A stretch of DNA of 64,000 bases, taken from positions 8,923-72,922 of the forward strand of contig JABDBW010000001.1 of assembly GCA_013288485.1 (NCBI GenBank), in the 5' to 3' direction. The number at the start of each line of letters is the position of its first letter. The stretch's first letter is position 1. Under the pieces are notes generated by a model. The model was not told where the DNA came from. It made no database searches and saw nothing but the letters and a program-made list of their open reading frames with translations. The stretch is from Bacteroidota bacterium (GTDB lineage: Bacteria > Bacteroidota > Bacteroidia > Sphingobacteriales > Sphingobacteriaceae). The position numbers and the translations under genes were made by a program. Shown piece after piece: positions 38,688-48,895 of this stretch.

Positions 38688-39977
38688 CTAACCGATCTCA
38701 ACTCCGGGCAGCCAGGTACTTATAAAATCGCTCCTGGTCTCCAGTTCGTTGCTATATTTGGCCATATTGAAATAACGGTTATCGCGCGTGTCTTGGCCCA
38801 GGCCGGCAATAAATGCCCAGTTGCCCCAGTTGCTGGCAGGCGAATAATCCACCAGCTTTTCTTCGAAATAGGCCGCACCCTTTTTCCAGTCAAGCTGCAA
38901 ATCATTAACCAGGTAACCCGCTACCATTTGCCTGCTGAAATTGCTGATATAGCCCGTAGCGTTCAGTTCGTGCATACTGGCATCAATGAATGGAATTCCT
39001 GTTTCCCCGTTTTTCCAGTTTTTAAAAAGTTCGTCCTGGTTTTTATCAGGCAGAGTTTGTGTATTATCCGTTTTAAAAAACTTTTTGCCATGCTTTTTAA
39101 ACATGAACCTGAAATAATCACGCCATAATAACTCCAGCATTAGTATGCCACTATGATGAGTATGTGTTTCCTGTTCATGGTTAATGACCGCCCAATGCAC
39201 TTGCCGCATCGATATACAGCCTAACGATAACCAGGGCGATAACCTGGAAGAATGATCAGTATGCCCGTTGCGGCCTTTACCCGCAGTAATGGGGTTGTTT
39301 ACAAAATATTCATGTAAGCGAGCCAAAGCAGTGGTTTCACCCCCTGCAAATTTGGTAGTTGCCCGGGGGTCATCAACAGGTTCATCCAATCCTAATTGCT
39401 GTAGAGTTGGTAGTTCGCCCGCGTTAGTAATTGCAGGCGTAACGATATTTTCAGGAGTGGCTATACAGGGGCGTACATTACTGTCGCGCTCAACCTTTTT
39501 TTTGAATATGGCAAAACTATCAGGTATGTCTTTTATAGGGAAGGGCAGGTCCTCTTTATGATATAAGGTATGCCCTATAAAATGCTTAAGGTTAAGCCTT
39601 ATTTTCCATAAAGCTGTTTCAACCTGTTCAGATATATCTGTTTCTTCGTAAGCAACTTCGCGGTGATGGTATACTTCATTTACCTCGTATTCTTCTGCGA
39701 GTTGGGGTAAAATTTCGGTGGGGTTACCTATGCGTATAATTAATTCGCTGCCAATAGCCCGCAAATTTTTGCGAAGGTCAGCTACTGATTCCAGCAGGAA
39801 ACGCGCACGTAAAGATCCCGTTTTTGGTATGCCAGCTGCCGATTTTTGGAAATAATACGGATCAAAACAATAAACGGGCAATACTTTATCAGCTTTGCGT
39901 ATGGCTTCTAACAATATCTCGTTATCATGGATACGCAAATCATTTCTGAACCAAACCAAAATTGTTTTTTCACTCAT
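38688..39977 (-). CDS. DASH-family cryptochrome/photolyase
   Basis: WFRNDLRIHDNE, SSRLSPWLSLGC, ELLWRDYF, TGIPFIDASM, LVDYSPASNWGNW; ATG 39977 preferred. Confidence 0.9.
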   Translation of the reverse strand: MSEKTILVWFRNDLRIHDNEILLEAIRKADKVLPVYCFDPYYFQKSAAGIPKTGSLRARFLLESVADLRKNLRAIGSELIIRIGNPTEILPQLAEEYEVNEVYHHREVAYEETDISEQVETALWKIRLNLKHFIGHTLYHKEDLPFPIKDIPDSFAIFKKKVERDSNVRPCIATPENIVTPAITNAGELPTLQQLGLDEPVDDPRATTKFAGGETTALARLHEYFVNNPITAGKGRNGHTDHSSRLSPWLSLGCISMRQVHWAVINHEQETHTHHSGILMLELLWRDYFRFMFKKHGKKFFKTDNTQTLPDKNQDELFKNWKNGETGIPFIDASMHELNATGYISNFSRQMVAGYLVNDLQLDWKKGAAYFEEKLVDYSPASNWGNWAFIAGLGQDTRDNRYFNMAKYSNELETRSDFISTWLPGVEIG

Positions 39978-40118
39978 ATCAGGTACACAAATTTGCAATT
40001 TATTTGGCTTAATGCATGATTTATAACTAATATTTGACATGGGCGCAACATTTTTAGGGTTGAATGCATAAAATTTGACTCAATACTTTAATTTCGCATT
40101 ACTTATAAAACCTGCCAT

Positions 40119-40427
40119 ATGCTTATAAAAAACACCTTTGTACACCATGTACATTTCTGGCTTAAAGACAAAGCCGACCTGCAAAAATTTATTGAAGGCG
40201 TAAATATACTGGCGCCTATCAGCCACGTGCGCGATATACATATCGGTGTACCCGCCGATACGCACCGCAGCGTCGTTGACCGCTCTTATGATGTTTCGCT
40301 ACTTATATTTTTTGACAACCAGGCCGAACATGATGCTTACCAGGTAGACCCGGTACATGATGTGTTTGTAGCTAAATATGTCCCGCTTTGTGCAAAGGTG
40401 GTGGTTATGGATGCCGTTGACATTTAA
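40119..40427 (+). CDS. Dabb (stress-responsive A/B barrel) protein
   Basis: FVHHVHFWLK…HDAYQVDPVH. Confidence 0.9.
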   Translation: MLIKNTFVHHVHFWLKDKADLQKFIEGVNILAPISHVRDIHIGVPADTHRSVVDRSYDVSLLIFFDNQAEHDAYQVDPVHDVFVAKYVPLCAKVVVMDAVDI

Positions 40428-41740
40428 TTCACAATTCTCCCATTCAAATCAACAGCCCTTGCAAACGGGTTCAGGAACTGGTTGGCCAGTATAGCAAATT
40501 CGCGGCGGGTAATAGGGTGGTTCATATCAAAATCTGATGCGAATTTATATTTCGTTTTCCACTCCTTTTGAATGGTAATTTGGAACAGCTTAGGTTCGGT
40601 GAGGGTAATCTCACAGATGAATGATAACGTATTGCCAACAGTAAAATGTTCGCCCGGTTTAACTTTGTTGAACCATAAAAACGCCCGGCTATATATCTCA
40701 GTTAAAACGGGTTTTATCTCGGCTGTATTAACAACCGAATCGGGCATGAAAAGAAACTGATCTTCATTGTTTTTTACCTTTCGCGCACCTTTAAGCAAAC
40801 CCGTTGCACCAATCTGTTGTATAGCTCTGAAATAACGGTCGGTAGGGTTAACGTCTTCGAAGGGTAAAATGTACCCTTTAAAGTCCAATAGTTCGCCTTG
40901 TATCAGCCTTACCTTAAAATCTTTCTGGGTAGTTTTAAAAAATGCACAAAAGGCAGCCATTGTTCCTACGCCTTGTCCAACAGCCATTTGCATCGGTAAG
41001 TTTTCCAGGTTTGCAGTAACCCCTAAGGCTTTATCAGCTATAAATAAGTTATCAGAGTTTTGCGTAACAAACGCGCTGATTGGAAGATAGTATGCCGGAG
41101 TTGGCGGATTTGTCTTTTTTAACAGATCATTGCCGCTTTTCAAAGAAATTCCGGAAGCAATAGACGTACGATATATGTCGTCGCTATAACGCAGCTCCGG
41201 TGGGAATTTAGCACCCGCTTTTTGTACCGCTTCGCCGGTAGCTGTAGCATCAATAATTACTTTCGCCCTGATTATTTCTGTCTTGCCATTTTGGGGAATG
41301 TTTACTTCCCATCCTGTTCCATCTTTTTTTACGGTGGTAAACGGACTGTTTAATTTTATGGTTAGATTTTTTGTGGTATCGGCCATTTTTTTTAGGGTGA
41401 ACGCGCCGGTATAAGGTTCAAATTTTAAGGAGGCATTGTAAGCCGTATCATATCCGGGTGTCTTTTTGTAAAAATTGCGGATCTCCATACGAAACTCGCC
41501 CCAGGTACCTGATGGTAAATTATGGTTAGCATCCACCACTACCATACTTTTTGATTGCATGTTTTCCAGCCAGTCACCCTTAATTAACAATACTGTTTTT
41601 ACCTTGCTTTTTGCGCATTGCATAGCCGCTGTTACCGCGCCTGCGCCATTACCGATAACCAATACATCGGTTTTAATAGTTTGGGCATAGGTGAAATAAC
41701 AATTAAAAAAAAAGGATAATAGAAATAACTTTTTCACCAT
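40424..41740 (-). CDS. Secreted FAD-dependent oxidoreductase-like protein
   Basis: Signal peptide, DVLVIGNGAGAVTAA, IIDATATG; SLH-like C-terminal ITRREFA. Confidence 0.75.
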   Translation of the reverse strand: MVKKLFLLSFFFNCYFTYAQTIKTDVLVIGNGAGAVTAAMQCAKSKVKTVLLIKGDWLENMQSKSMVVVDANHNLPSGTWGEFRMEIRNFYKKTPGYDTAYNASLKFEPYTGAFTLKKMADTTKNLTIKLNSPFTTVKKDGTGWEVNIPQNGKTEIIRAKVIIDATATGEAVQKAGAKFPPELRYSDDIYRTSIASGISLKSGNDLLKKTNPPTPAYYLPISAFVTQNSDNLFIADKALGVTANLENLPMQMAVGQGVGTMAAFCAFFKTTQKDFKVRLIQGELLDFKGYILPFEDVNPTDRYFRAIQQIGATGLLKGARKVKNNEDQFLFMPDSVVNTAEIKPVLTEIYSRAFLWFNKVKPGEHFTVGNTLSFICEITLTEPKLFQITIQKEWKTKYKFASDFDMNHPITRREFAILANQFLNPFARAVDLNGRIVN

Positions 41741-41826
41741 TTGCTAAAATAGATTGTATAAAATGCTAATTTAGTGCAAACCTTATAGAAACCAAGTATA
41801 ATATCCGAAACAACAATTAATATAGT

Positions 41827-42354
41827 ATGATAACAGACGACCAGCTAAAATACCCCGTTGGAAAATTTAGCCCCCCCGTAACTTATACCGATGCTGATAT
41901 TCGCGGCTGGATAAACGATATAAAAAACCTGCCCGGCAAACTGCGCATGGTTATCATGAACCTGAATGAAATGCAGCTGGATACGCCCTACCGCACCGGC
42001 GGCTGGACGTTGAGACAAGTAGTTCATCATTTGGCTGATAGCCACATGAACTCGCTGATACGTTTTAAATGGGCGCTTACTGAAGACAAACCAACCATAA
42101 AGGCTTATGAGCAAACCGATTGGGCCCTGTTGGCCGATTACCGCCTGCCCGTTGAACCTTCATTAAAAATGCTGGAAGGCATACATCAGCACCTTATTGC
42201 TTTGTTTGAAAGTTTTAGCGAGGACCAATGGAACCGCGCTTTTATTCACCCGGAAACCGGGGCAACGGTTCCGTTAAAAAGAAACCTGGCTTTATATGCA
42301 TGGCATGGTAAACATCACTTAGCGCATATTACGGAGACAATAAAAAAGTTTTAA
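41827..42354 (+). CDS. YfiT-family (bacillithiol transferase-like) DinB-fold protein
   Basis: LKYPVG, TPYRTGGWTLRQVVHHLADSH, WHGKHHLAH. Confidence 0.9.
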   Translation: MITDDQLKYPVGKFSPPVTYTDADIRGWINDIKNLPGKLRMVIMNLNEMQLDTPYRTGGWTLRQVVHHLADSHMNSLIRFKWALTEDKPTIKAYEQTDWALLADYRLPVEPSLKMLEGIHQHLIALFESFSEDQWNRAFIHPETGATVPLKRNLALYAWHGKHHLAHITETIKKF

Positions 42355-42362
42355 ATCTTCTC

Positions 42363-43406
42363 TCAAACATACTCAATCACGACATCGTCACTAACCGGAT
42401 GCCCGGTACAGGTAAGTACCCAGCCTTGTAACAGGTCGGCATCTGTTAATACGTCATTTACAGCCATCTCTACTTTACCGTTTGTGCATTTAGCGGTGCA
42501 GGTGGAACAAATACCTGCCCGGCAGCTATAAGGCAACTCAATATTGTTTTGCAAAGCCGCCTGTAGTATAGATTGGTTTTCGCCAACCACCAGGTCATGC
42601 AATTCGTTTTTATAGTTGATACGGATGGTTCTTGGCGGATAGTTGACCGCGATTCCGCTTACGGGCACTGTTTCCAGCACAAAGTTTTCTTTGCGTATTT
42701 GTTTGGCTTCAACGCCCATGTATAACAGGGTGAGGCGCACCATGCGCATATAGGCAAATGGGCCGCATAGGTAAAACTCCGCATTTGCCGCGCCGTAGTA
42801 TATATTTTCATTGACCAGTTGCTCAACGCTGATATTGTTGAGCCGGTTGCCCTCGCTGCTTAAAAGGTGGATTATTTTTAACCTGTCGGGATGTTTTGCC
42901 TGCAATGTATTCAATTCATCAGCAAATAGAACAGAATTTGTATCGCGGCTGCTGTAAACCAAGGTGATGCGGCTATTACCAACCCGGTTCAAAATGAATT
43001 TCAATTGTGAAAATATGGGTACACTACCGCTGCCCGCGGCAAACAGTATAATATCTTTCGGCGACTGAAAATCATTAATTATAAAACGCCCGGCGGGTTC
43101 AACGGCATTTAAAATATCGCCCTGTTTTACTTTGGTTAAAAGGAAACGCGATATTTCTCCGTTAGTTATACGCTTAATGGTTATTGCTAATAATTCCTCA
43201 TCGGGCGATGAACTTAAAGAGTATGACCTGCGGATATCCTCGTTATGATGCGTAAATACCAGTGTAATAAATTGTCCCGCGGCGTAAGCTATTTTTTTAC
43301 CGGATAGTTCAGCCAAATAAAACGTAGCCGTATCGGCAGCCTCCCATTTTATAGCCTCAACCCTTAACCTGAGCATGTTACCAGGCTTTAAGAACCAGTT
43401 TCCCAA
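42363..43406 (-). CDS. Ferredoxin--NADP reductase / PaaE-like with C-terminal 2Fe-2S domain
   Basis: RSYSLSS, AAGSG, LCGP, PYSCRAGICSTC…LTC; true start may be 43376. Confidence 0.9.
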   Translation of the reverse strand: MGNWFLKPGNMLRLRVEAIKWEAADTATFYLAELSGKKIAYAAGQFITLVFTHHNEDIRRSYSLSSSPDEELLAITIKRITNGEISRFLLTKVKQGDILNAVEPAGRFIINDFQSPKDIILFAAGSGSVPIFSQLKFILNRVGNSRITLVYSSRDTNSVLFADELNTLQAKHPDRLKIIHLLSSEGNRLNNISVEQLVNENIYYGAANAEFYLCGPFAYMRMVRLTLLYMGVEAKQIRKENFVLETVPVSGIAVNYPPRTIRINYKNELHDLVVGENQSILQAALQNNIELPYSCRAGICSTCTAKCTNGKVEMAVNDVLTDADLLQGWVLTCTGHPVSDDVVIEYV

Positions 43407-44376
43407 ATTGCGATGAATTGCCCATCACCTCTACTGCTTTTTGTGCATCGGTTAACGGGAACACTTTATCAATAACAGGCTCAATTTTATGTTCGGTCAT
43501 AAAGCTGAGCATATTTTTAAAATCGGTTGGCGTACCCAAAGTGGTGCCCAATATCTGCAATTGTTTCCAAAATATTTTTCGCCCGTTAATGGCCGGGATG
43601 TCACCTGCCGTGCCACCAAAAAAAACAATACGCGCGCCGGGGTTACAAATATCAGGGAATTTAGCAAAGCCCGCTCCGAGGGCGCTATCAATTATTACAT
43701 CAAAACCCCCGGCTAAATGATGCAGTTCCTCGGCCCAATCCTGCGATTTATAGTTTACGCCTGCTGTAGCGCCCAACCGTAGCGCCATATCAATTTTTTC
43801 GCCGGTGCCTGATGTTACAAATACCTTGCATCCTGCTGCAACCGCCCATTGCAGGGCGAAAGTGCCTGTGCCGCCGCCTACGCCGCTTATTAATACAGTA
43901 TCGCCCTTTTTGGCTTTGCCTTTCGTAAACAATGCCCTATAAGCCGTCAAGCCTGCCAGCGGAAATGCAGCCGCCTGTTCCCAGCTTAAGTAAGCAGGCT
44001 TATTATGTAGATATTCGGCACGGGTTTTAATGTATTCGGCGAAGGTGCCGTCATCGGGCAGCCCCAATATTTTAAATTCTTTTGATTGAAATTCTTCGTG
44101 TTCGCCCCAATTATTGCCGGGGTTTATTACTACCTCTTTATCCAGCCAGGTTTTATCAACGCCCCCGCCAATTTCGGCAACAATACCTGCTCCGTCTGAC
44201 CCTAATATAGTTGGATATTTTAAGCCCGCGTATTTACCTATGGTTATCCAGTAATCGCGCCGGTTTAATGCCGCAGCTTTTATTTTCACCAAAACTTCGC
44301 CGGGCGCGAGGGTAGGATTTTCAACCTCCTTCCATACTAATGGTTTATCGGGGGCTTCAAGAACGATGGCTTTCAT
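43378..44376 (-). CDS. MDR/zinc-binding dehydrogenase (quinone oxidoreductase-like)
   Basis: LNRRD, GSDGAG, GLTAYRAL, GVGGGTG, FGKLVL. Confidence 0.9.
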   Translation of the reverse strand: MKAIVLEAPDKPLVWKEVENPTLAPGEVLVKIKAAALNRRDYWITIGKYAGLKYPTILGSDGAGIVAEIGGGVDKTWLDKEVVINPGNNWGEHEEFQSKEFKILGLPDDGTFAEYIKTRAEYLHNKPAYLSWEQAAAFPLAGLTAYRALFTKGKAKKGDTVLISGVGGGTGTFALQWAVAAGCKVFVTSGTGEKIDMALRLGATAGVNYKSQDWAEELHHLAGGFDVIIDSALGAGFAKFPDICNPGARIVFFGGTAGDIPAINGRKIFWKQLQILGTTLGTPTDFKNMLSFMTEHKIEPVIDKVFPLTDAQKAVEVMGNSSQFGKLVLKAW

Positions 44377-44462
44377 GGATAGAAAAATAATGCGGAATGC
44401 AGAAAGTCGATTGCGAAATTATATCAATCCGCAATCGACCTTCCGCATTCCGAAATTAAAAA

Positions 44463-45071
44463 TTATACCGCTTTCGCGTACAATTCGGCAACGTGGCCCC
44501 AGTTGATCACGTTCCATATAGCCGCTAAATAATCGGGGCGGCGGTTTTGATATTTCAAATAATATGCGTGTTCCCAAACATCGATGCCCAATATTGGCGT
44601 GCCTTTTACTTCGGCAATATCCATTAACGGGTTATCCTGGTTAGGGGTTGATGTTACCGCCAGTTTTTTATCGGCGCCAACAATTAACCATGCCCATCCC
44701 GAACCAAAACGGGTAGCGCCGGCGTCAGACATTTTGGTTTTAAGTTCAGCAAACGAGCCGAAAGTGCTATTTATAGCATTGGCCAAAGCGCCGGTTGGCT
44801 CGCCACCACCGTTTGGCGAAAGCAGCGTCCAGAACAGGGAGTGGTTATAATGCCCGCCTCCGTTATTGCGAACTGCGGGTGGAAATTTAGAAATGTTTTT
44901 TATAATATCGTCAATGCTGTGATCAGCTTCAGGCTTGCCTTCCAGTGCCTTGTTCAGGTTGGTAACATAAGCCTGGTGGTGCTTGCCATGGTGAATTTCC
45001 ATGGTCAATTTATCAATGTGTGGTTCCAATGCGTCAGTAGCATATGGTAACGCCGGTAGTGTAAAAGCCAT
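44463..45071 (-). CDS. sodA: Mn/Fe superoxide dismutase
   Basis: [28 protein letters not shown]. Confidence 0.96.
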   Translation of the reverse strand: MAFTLPALPYATDALEPHIDKLTMEIHHGKHHQAYVTNLNKALEGKPEADHSIDDIIKNISKFPPAVRNNGGGHYNHSLFWTLLSPNGGGEPTGALANAINSTFGSFAELKTKMSDAGATRFGSGWAWLIVGADKKLAVTSTPNQDNPLMDIAEVKGTPILGIDVWEHAYYLKYQNRRPDYLAAIWNVINWGHVAELYAKAV

Positions 45072-45225
45072 AATTTGTTATTTTAAAGTTTAAAGATTGT
45101 GCAACAAATATAATGCGCGAAGTTTGATTTTGTTCTAAATGAATGTCAAGTTTTTGTATGGTTAATTGTTCATGGATCATAGATCATGGTAAAATTGCCA
45201 TGATCTATGAACTATCAACCATGAA

Positions 45226-45693
45226 CTATCGTTTTTTCTTAAAAAACGATCTCACCAGTTCAGCGCATTCATTTTCGCGAATGCCGCCGGTGATAACCGT
45301 TTTGGGATGGGTTATTTTTTGATTGAGCCGGCCAAAACCCAGTTTAGTATCATACGCGCCAAAAACTATCTTACCTACCTGGAACCAATAGGATGCCCCG
45401 GCACACATTACACAAGGTTCGATGGTTACGTACAGGGTGCAATCTTTTAAATACTTGCCGCCCATAAAATTAGCGGCGGCGGTTAGCGCCTGCATTTCAG
45501 CATGTGCCGATACATCGTTTAGCCGCTCGGTTAAATTATGCCCGCGGCCAATTACCTGTCCCTTACAAACCACAACAGCGCCTATAGGTATTTCATCGGC
45601 TGCCAGGGCCAGCCTGGCTTCCTTCAACGCTTCATTCATAAAAAAATCATCGGGCGAAACCGCGGGCTCATCGCCGAAACTTATAAATCTCAT
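45226..45693 (-). CDS. tadA: tRNA adenosine deaminase / nucleoside deaminase
   Basis: EIPIGAV, AHAE, EPCVMCAGA. Confidence 0.9.
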   Translation of the reverse strand: MRFISFGDEPAVSPDDFFMNEALKEARLALAADEIPIGAVVVCKGQVIGRGHNLTERLNDVSAHAEMQALTAAANFMGGKYLKDCTLYVTIEPCVMCAGASYWFQVGKIVFGAYDTKLGFGRLNQKITHPKTVITGGIRENECAELVRSFFKKKR

Positions 45694-46031
45694 TAAATTA
45701 ATTTACTGCCATTGGGCACTTGTTTATCAATGGTCGTTAATACAATATAGCCATGCTCATCGGCAAAACCTGTAACCAAAAACTCCGACATAAAATTAGT
45801 GATCTGCTTTTTTGGGAAGTTAATAACGCCTATAATTTGCCTGCCGATCAGCTCATTACCAGTATAATGCTTAGTGATTTGCGCGCTCGACCATTTTATA
45901 CCATATTCGCCAAAATCAACCTTGATTTTATAGGCCGGTTTGCGCGCCCCGGGGAAATCTACCACCTCCAGTATGGTTCCCGCGCGCAATTCCACTTTTT
46001 CAAAATCGTTCCAGGTAATAACTTCCATCAT
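45693..46031 (-). CDS. csaA: CsaA tRNA-binding / secretion chaperone
   Basis: ARKPAYK, SSAQIT, NFPKKQI. Confidence 0.92.
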   Translation of the reverse strand: MMEVITWNDFEKVELRAGTILEVVDFPGARKPAYKIKVDFGEYGIKWSSAQITKHYTGNELIGRQIIGVINFPKKQITNFMSEFLVTGFADEHGYIVLTTIDKQVPNGSKLI

Positions 46032-46206
46032 ATATTCTCGTTAGCCTTCCAAATATAAATTATTTAAAACACAGCAAACAGGCAATATTATACACGATGT
46101 TATATTAAAGTTAACTTAAAATTAGAAGTTAACTTTAAATTACATTTTTATGAAACAAATTAATATTAGGTTTCGTATGCATGGTAATTCATAATTATTA
46201 TATGCA

Positions 46207-46611
46207 ATGCTAACCAAACCAAAACCACTGCTTGTAGTAACTGATGCTGCAACAAATGTTATTATTTCGGGCAAACAGAGTGTTATTTACGTTACCAATA
46301 TTAACAGAATTTTTCCGGCTATACATGAATTGCAACCCTGCAGTATAATCCTGGATTATGATTATATAGGTAACGAGATAGAAAAAATTTTGCGCCGCAT
46401 TATAGCTAATCCTTTTTATAAAAAAATAAGGATATGCTGCTACAAATCCCGTTCACACACCAAAGTCGACGATTTATTTAGGACATTGGGTGTTCAACAT
46501 TTTATTTATGGTGAAGATGAGCAATCAAAAATGCACGCCAATATTAAAATGCTGAACAATATGCTGCAAGGTGCTTCACTCAATAAATTGGTTGAAACAA
46601 TTTACGCTTAA
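46207..46611 (+). CDS. Hypothetical protein, possibly a degenerate receiver fold
   Basis: QPCSIILDYD…LGVQHFIY pattern resembles a REC domain without the conserved Lys. Confidence 0.6.
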   Translation: MLTKPKPLLVVTDAATNVIISGKQSVIYVTNINRIFPAIHELQPCSIILDYDYIGNEIEKILRRIIANPFYKKIRICCYKSRSHTKVDDLFRTLGVQHFIYGEDEQSKMHANIKMLNNMLQGASLNKLVETIYA

Positions 46612-47879
46612 TCTATCCACTCAAATTTGGTATAGGGCACTAACACTTCCGGTATTTTAATCCCTTTATCTGTTTGGTTATTTTCTAACAGCGTTGCCAC
46701 AATACGCGGCAAAGCCAAAGCGCTTCCGTTTAAAGTATGGACCAACTGTGTTTTACCTTCCGCGTTGCGGAAACGCAGCTTTAAGCGGTTACTTTGAAAA
46801 GTCTCGAAATTTGATACCGACGATACCTCCAGCCAGCGTTGCTGGGCGGCGCTCCAGGTTTCCATATCATAAGTTAGAGCCGATGCAAAACTCATGTCGC
46901 CGCCGCAAAGGCGCAATACCCGGTAGGGCAGCCCCAATTTTTGCAGCAGGCTTTGCACATGCGCGCTCATTTGCTCCAACACCTGGTATGATGTTTCGGG
47001 GTTTACCACTTGTACAATTTCTACTTTATCAAACTGGTGCAGGCGGTTCAAGCCACGCACGTGCGCCCCGTATGAGCCAGCCTCACGCCGGAAACAAGGC
47101 GTGTGGCCGCAATTTTTTATGGGTAGTTCATCCGCCTTTAATATAACATCGCGGTACAGGTTGGTAATGGGCACTTCGGCGGTGGGTATAAGGTATAAAT
47201 TATCCAATCCCACAAAATACATTTGGCCTTCCTTATCCGGCAATTGCCCGGTGCCAAAGCCAGATGCATCGTTTACCATTAATGGCACGCTTACTTCTTT
47301 ATAGCCTGCTTTTTCAGCTTCGTCAATAAAAAAATTTATTAAAGCGCGCTGTAGTTTTGCCCCTTTATTGGTATAAACCGGGAAACCTGCCCCTGTTATT
47401 TTAACGCCCAGTTCAAAATCTATCAGTTTATATTTCGCGGCCAGTTCCCAATGCGGCAAAGCGTTGGGCGGGAGGTTAGGCATCGCGCCATTTTCAAACA
47501 CTACCTCATTGTCTTCGGGGGTTGACCCTTTAGGCACAGAAGTATGGGGAAGGTTGGGTAAGAGTACCAATTTTTGATACAGTTCCTCTTCAATAGCCGC
47601 CAAATGCTCATTATATTTTTTTATATCCTCTTTCCATACACCAGTTTTTGATTTCAGGGTTTCGGCTTCTTCTTTTTTTCCGTTGCGCATTAAATCGCCA
47701 ATCTGCCTTGCGGCCGCGTTTGCCTCGGCCGAAACATTATCCGATTTAACCTGGGTTTGACGCCGATCATCATCTAATTGAATAATTTCATCAATTAATT
47801 CAGCCTGTTTAAATTTTTTTACAGCCAAACGCTCTAAAACCTGTTCCCTGTTATCGCGGATATAACTAACTTGCAGCAT
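46608..47879 (-). CDS. serS: Serine--tRNA ligase
   Basis: LIPTAE, FRREAG, RLHQFDKVE, EVSSVSN, HTLNGS. Confidence 0.97.
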   Translation of the reverse strand: MLQVSYIRDNREQVLERLAVKKFKQAELIDEIIQLDDDRRQTQVKSDNVSAEANAAARQIGDLMRNGKKEEAETLKSKTGVWKEDIKKYNEHLAAIEEELYQKLVLLPNLPHTSVPKGSTPEDNEVVFENGAMPNLPPNALPHWELAAKYKLIDFELGVKITGAGFPVYTNKGAKLQRALINFFIDEAEKAGYKEVSVPLMVNDASGFGTGQLPDKEGQMYFVGLDNLYLIPTAEVPITNLYRDVILKADELPIKNCGHTPCFRREAGSYGAHVRGLNRLHQFDKVEIVQVVNPETSYQVLEQMSAHVQSLLQKLGLPYRVLRLCGGDMSFASALTYDMETWSAAQQRWLEVSSVSNFETFQSNRLKLRFRNAEGKTQLVHTLNGSALALPRIVATLLENNQTDKGIKIPEVLVPYTKFEWID

Positions 47880-47907
47880 TGATTTTATTTTAAGGCAAAG
47901 ATATAAT

Positions 47908-48057
47908 TAGTTCATAGTTTATGGTTCATGGTTCATGGCCAAATTGCAAATAGTTCATGGTTGATGGTTCATAGATCATAGCCATTTATAAAAAAACAAG
48001 ATAATTAGAACCAAAACAAACCATCAACTATGAACCATCAACTATGAACCATGAACT
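47908..48057. repeat. Inverted heptamer tandem repeat (TAGTTCA/TGGTTCA family)
   Basis: About ten units on the left, inverted aaccatcaactatgaaccatc… on the right; last unit supplies the rsmI ATG. Confidence 0.8.
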
Positions 48058-48743
48058 CAAGCGGCAAACTATACCTCGTACCCACCCCGATAGGCAACCT
48101 CGAAGATATTACACTGCGAGCCTTGCGTATTTTAAAGGAAGTGGACCTGGTCCTGGCCGAAGATACCCGCACGTCGGCGCCTATGCTGAAGCATTTTGAT
48201 ATTCATCAGAAAGTTTTTTCGCATCATCAGCATAATGAGCATCAGTCATCTGGCGAGATCATCCGTTTTTTAAAGGAGGGCAAAAATATCGCTTTAATAT
48301 CCGATGCCGGGACGCCTGCCATATCCGATCCGGGATTTTATTTGGTGCGCGAAGCTATAAAAAATGAGATAGCGGTGGAGTGCCTGCCCGGCGCTACAGC
48401 CTTTGTGCCGGCGCTTGTAAACTCGGGGTTCCCTACGGATAGGTTTTGTTTTGAAGGATTTTTACCTTTAAAAAAAGGACGCCAAACGCGTTATAAGCTA
48501 TTAGCGCAGGAAGACCGCACTATTATACTTTATGAATCGCCGCACCGTTTGTTAAAAACATTGGATGAAATGGCTACCTATTTTGGTGCTGAACGGCAAA
48601 TTTCTGTTTCAAGAGAGCTAACGAAAATGTTTGAGGAAACGGTGAGAGGTACGGTTACCGAGGTTAAAACTTATTTTGAAACCCATCCTTTGAAGGGGGA
48701 GTTTGTGATATGCGTGATGGGGAAAATTGACACTAAAAAATAA
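48051..48743 (+). CDS. rsmI: 16S rRNA C1402 2'-O-methyltransferase
   Basis: LYLVPTPIGNLEDIT, AEDTR, SDAGTPAISDPG, YESPHR, RELTK. Confidence 0.96.
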   Translation: MNSSGKLYLVPTPIGNLEDITLRALRILKEVDLVLAEDTRTSAPMLKHFDIHQKVFSHHQHNEHQSSGEIIRFLKEGKNIALISDAGTPAISDPGFYLVREAIKNEIAVECLPGATAFVPALVNSGFPTDRFCFEGFLPLKKGRQTRYKLLAQEDRTIILYESPHRLLKTLDEMATYFGAERQISVSRELTKMFEETVRGTVTEVKTYFETHPLKGEFVICVMGKIDTKK

Positions 48744-48880
48744 AGCGTCATTGCGAGGAACGAAGCAATCTCTATACCAGACAGTCAGGGAGAAAATGCT
48801 TTTTCTTATTTTTACTAAAGGACAAAACCTTTCATGAACCTGTCCTATGCAGAGATTGCTTCGTTCCTCGCAATGACGCT
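48744..48880. repeat. REP-like palindrome (GTCATTGCGAGG family)
   Basis: agcgtcattgcgaggaacgaagcaatctct … agagattgcttcgttcctcgcaatgacgct, perfect 30-bp inverted repeat. Confidence 0.85.
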
Positions 48881-48895
48881 GATTATAATTATAAT

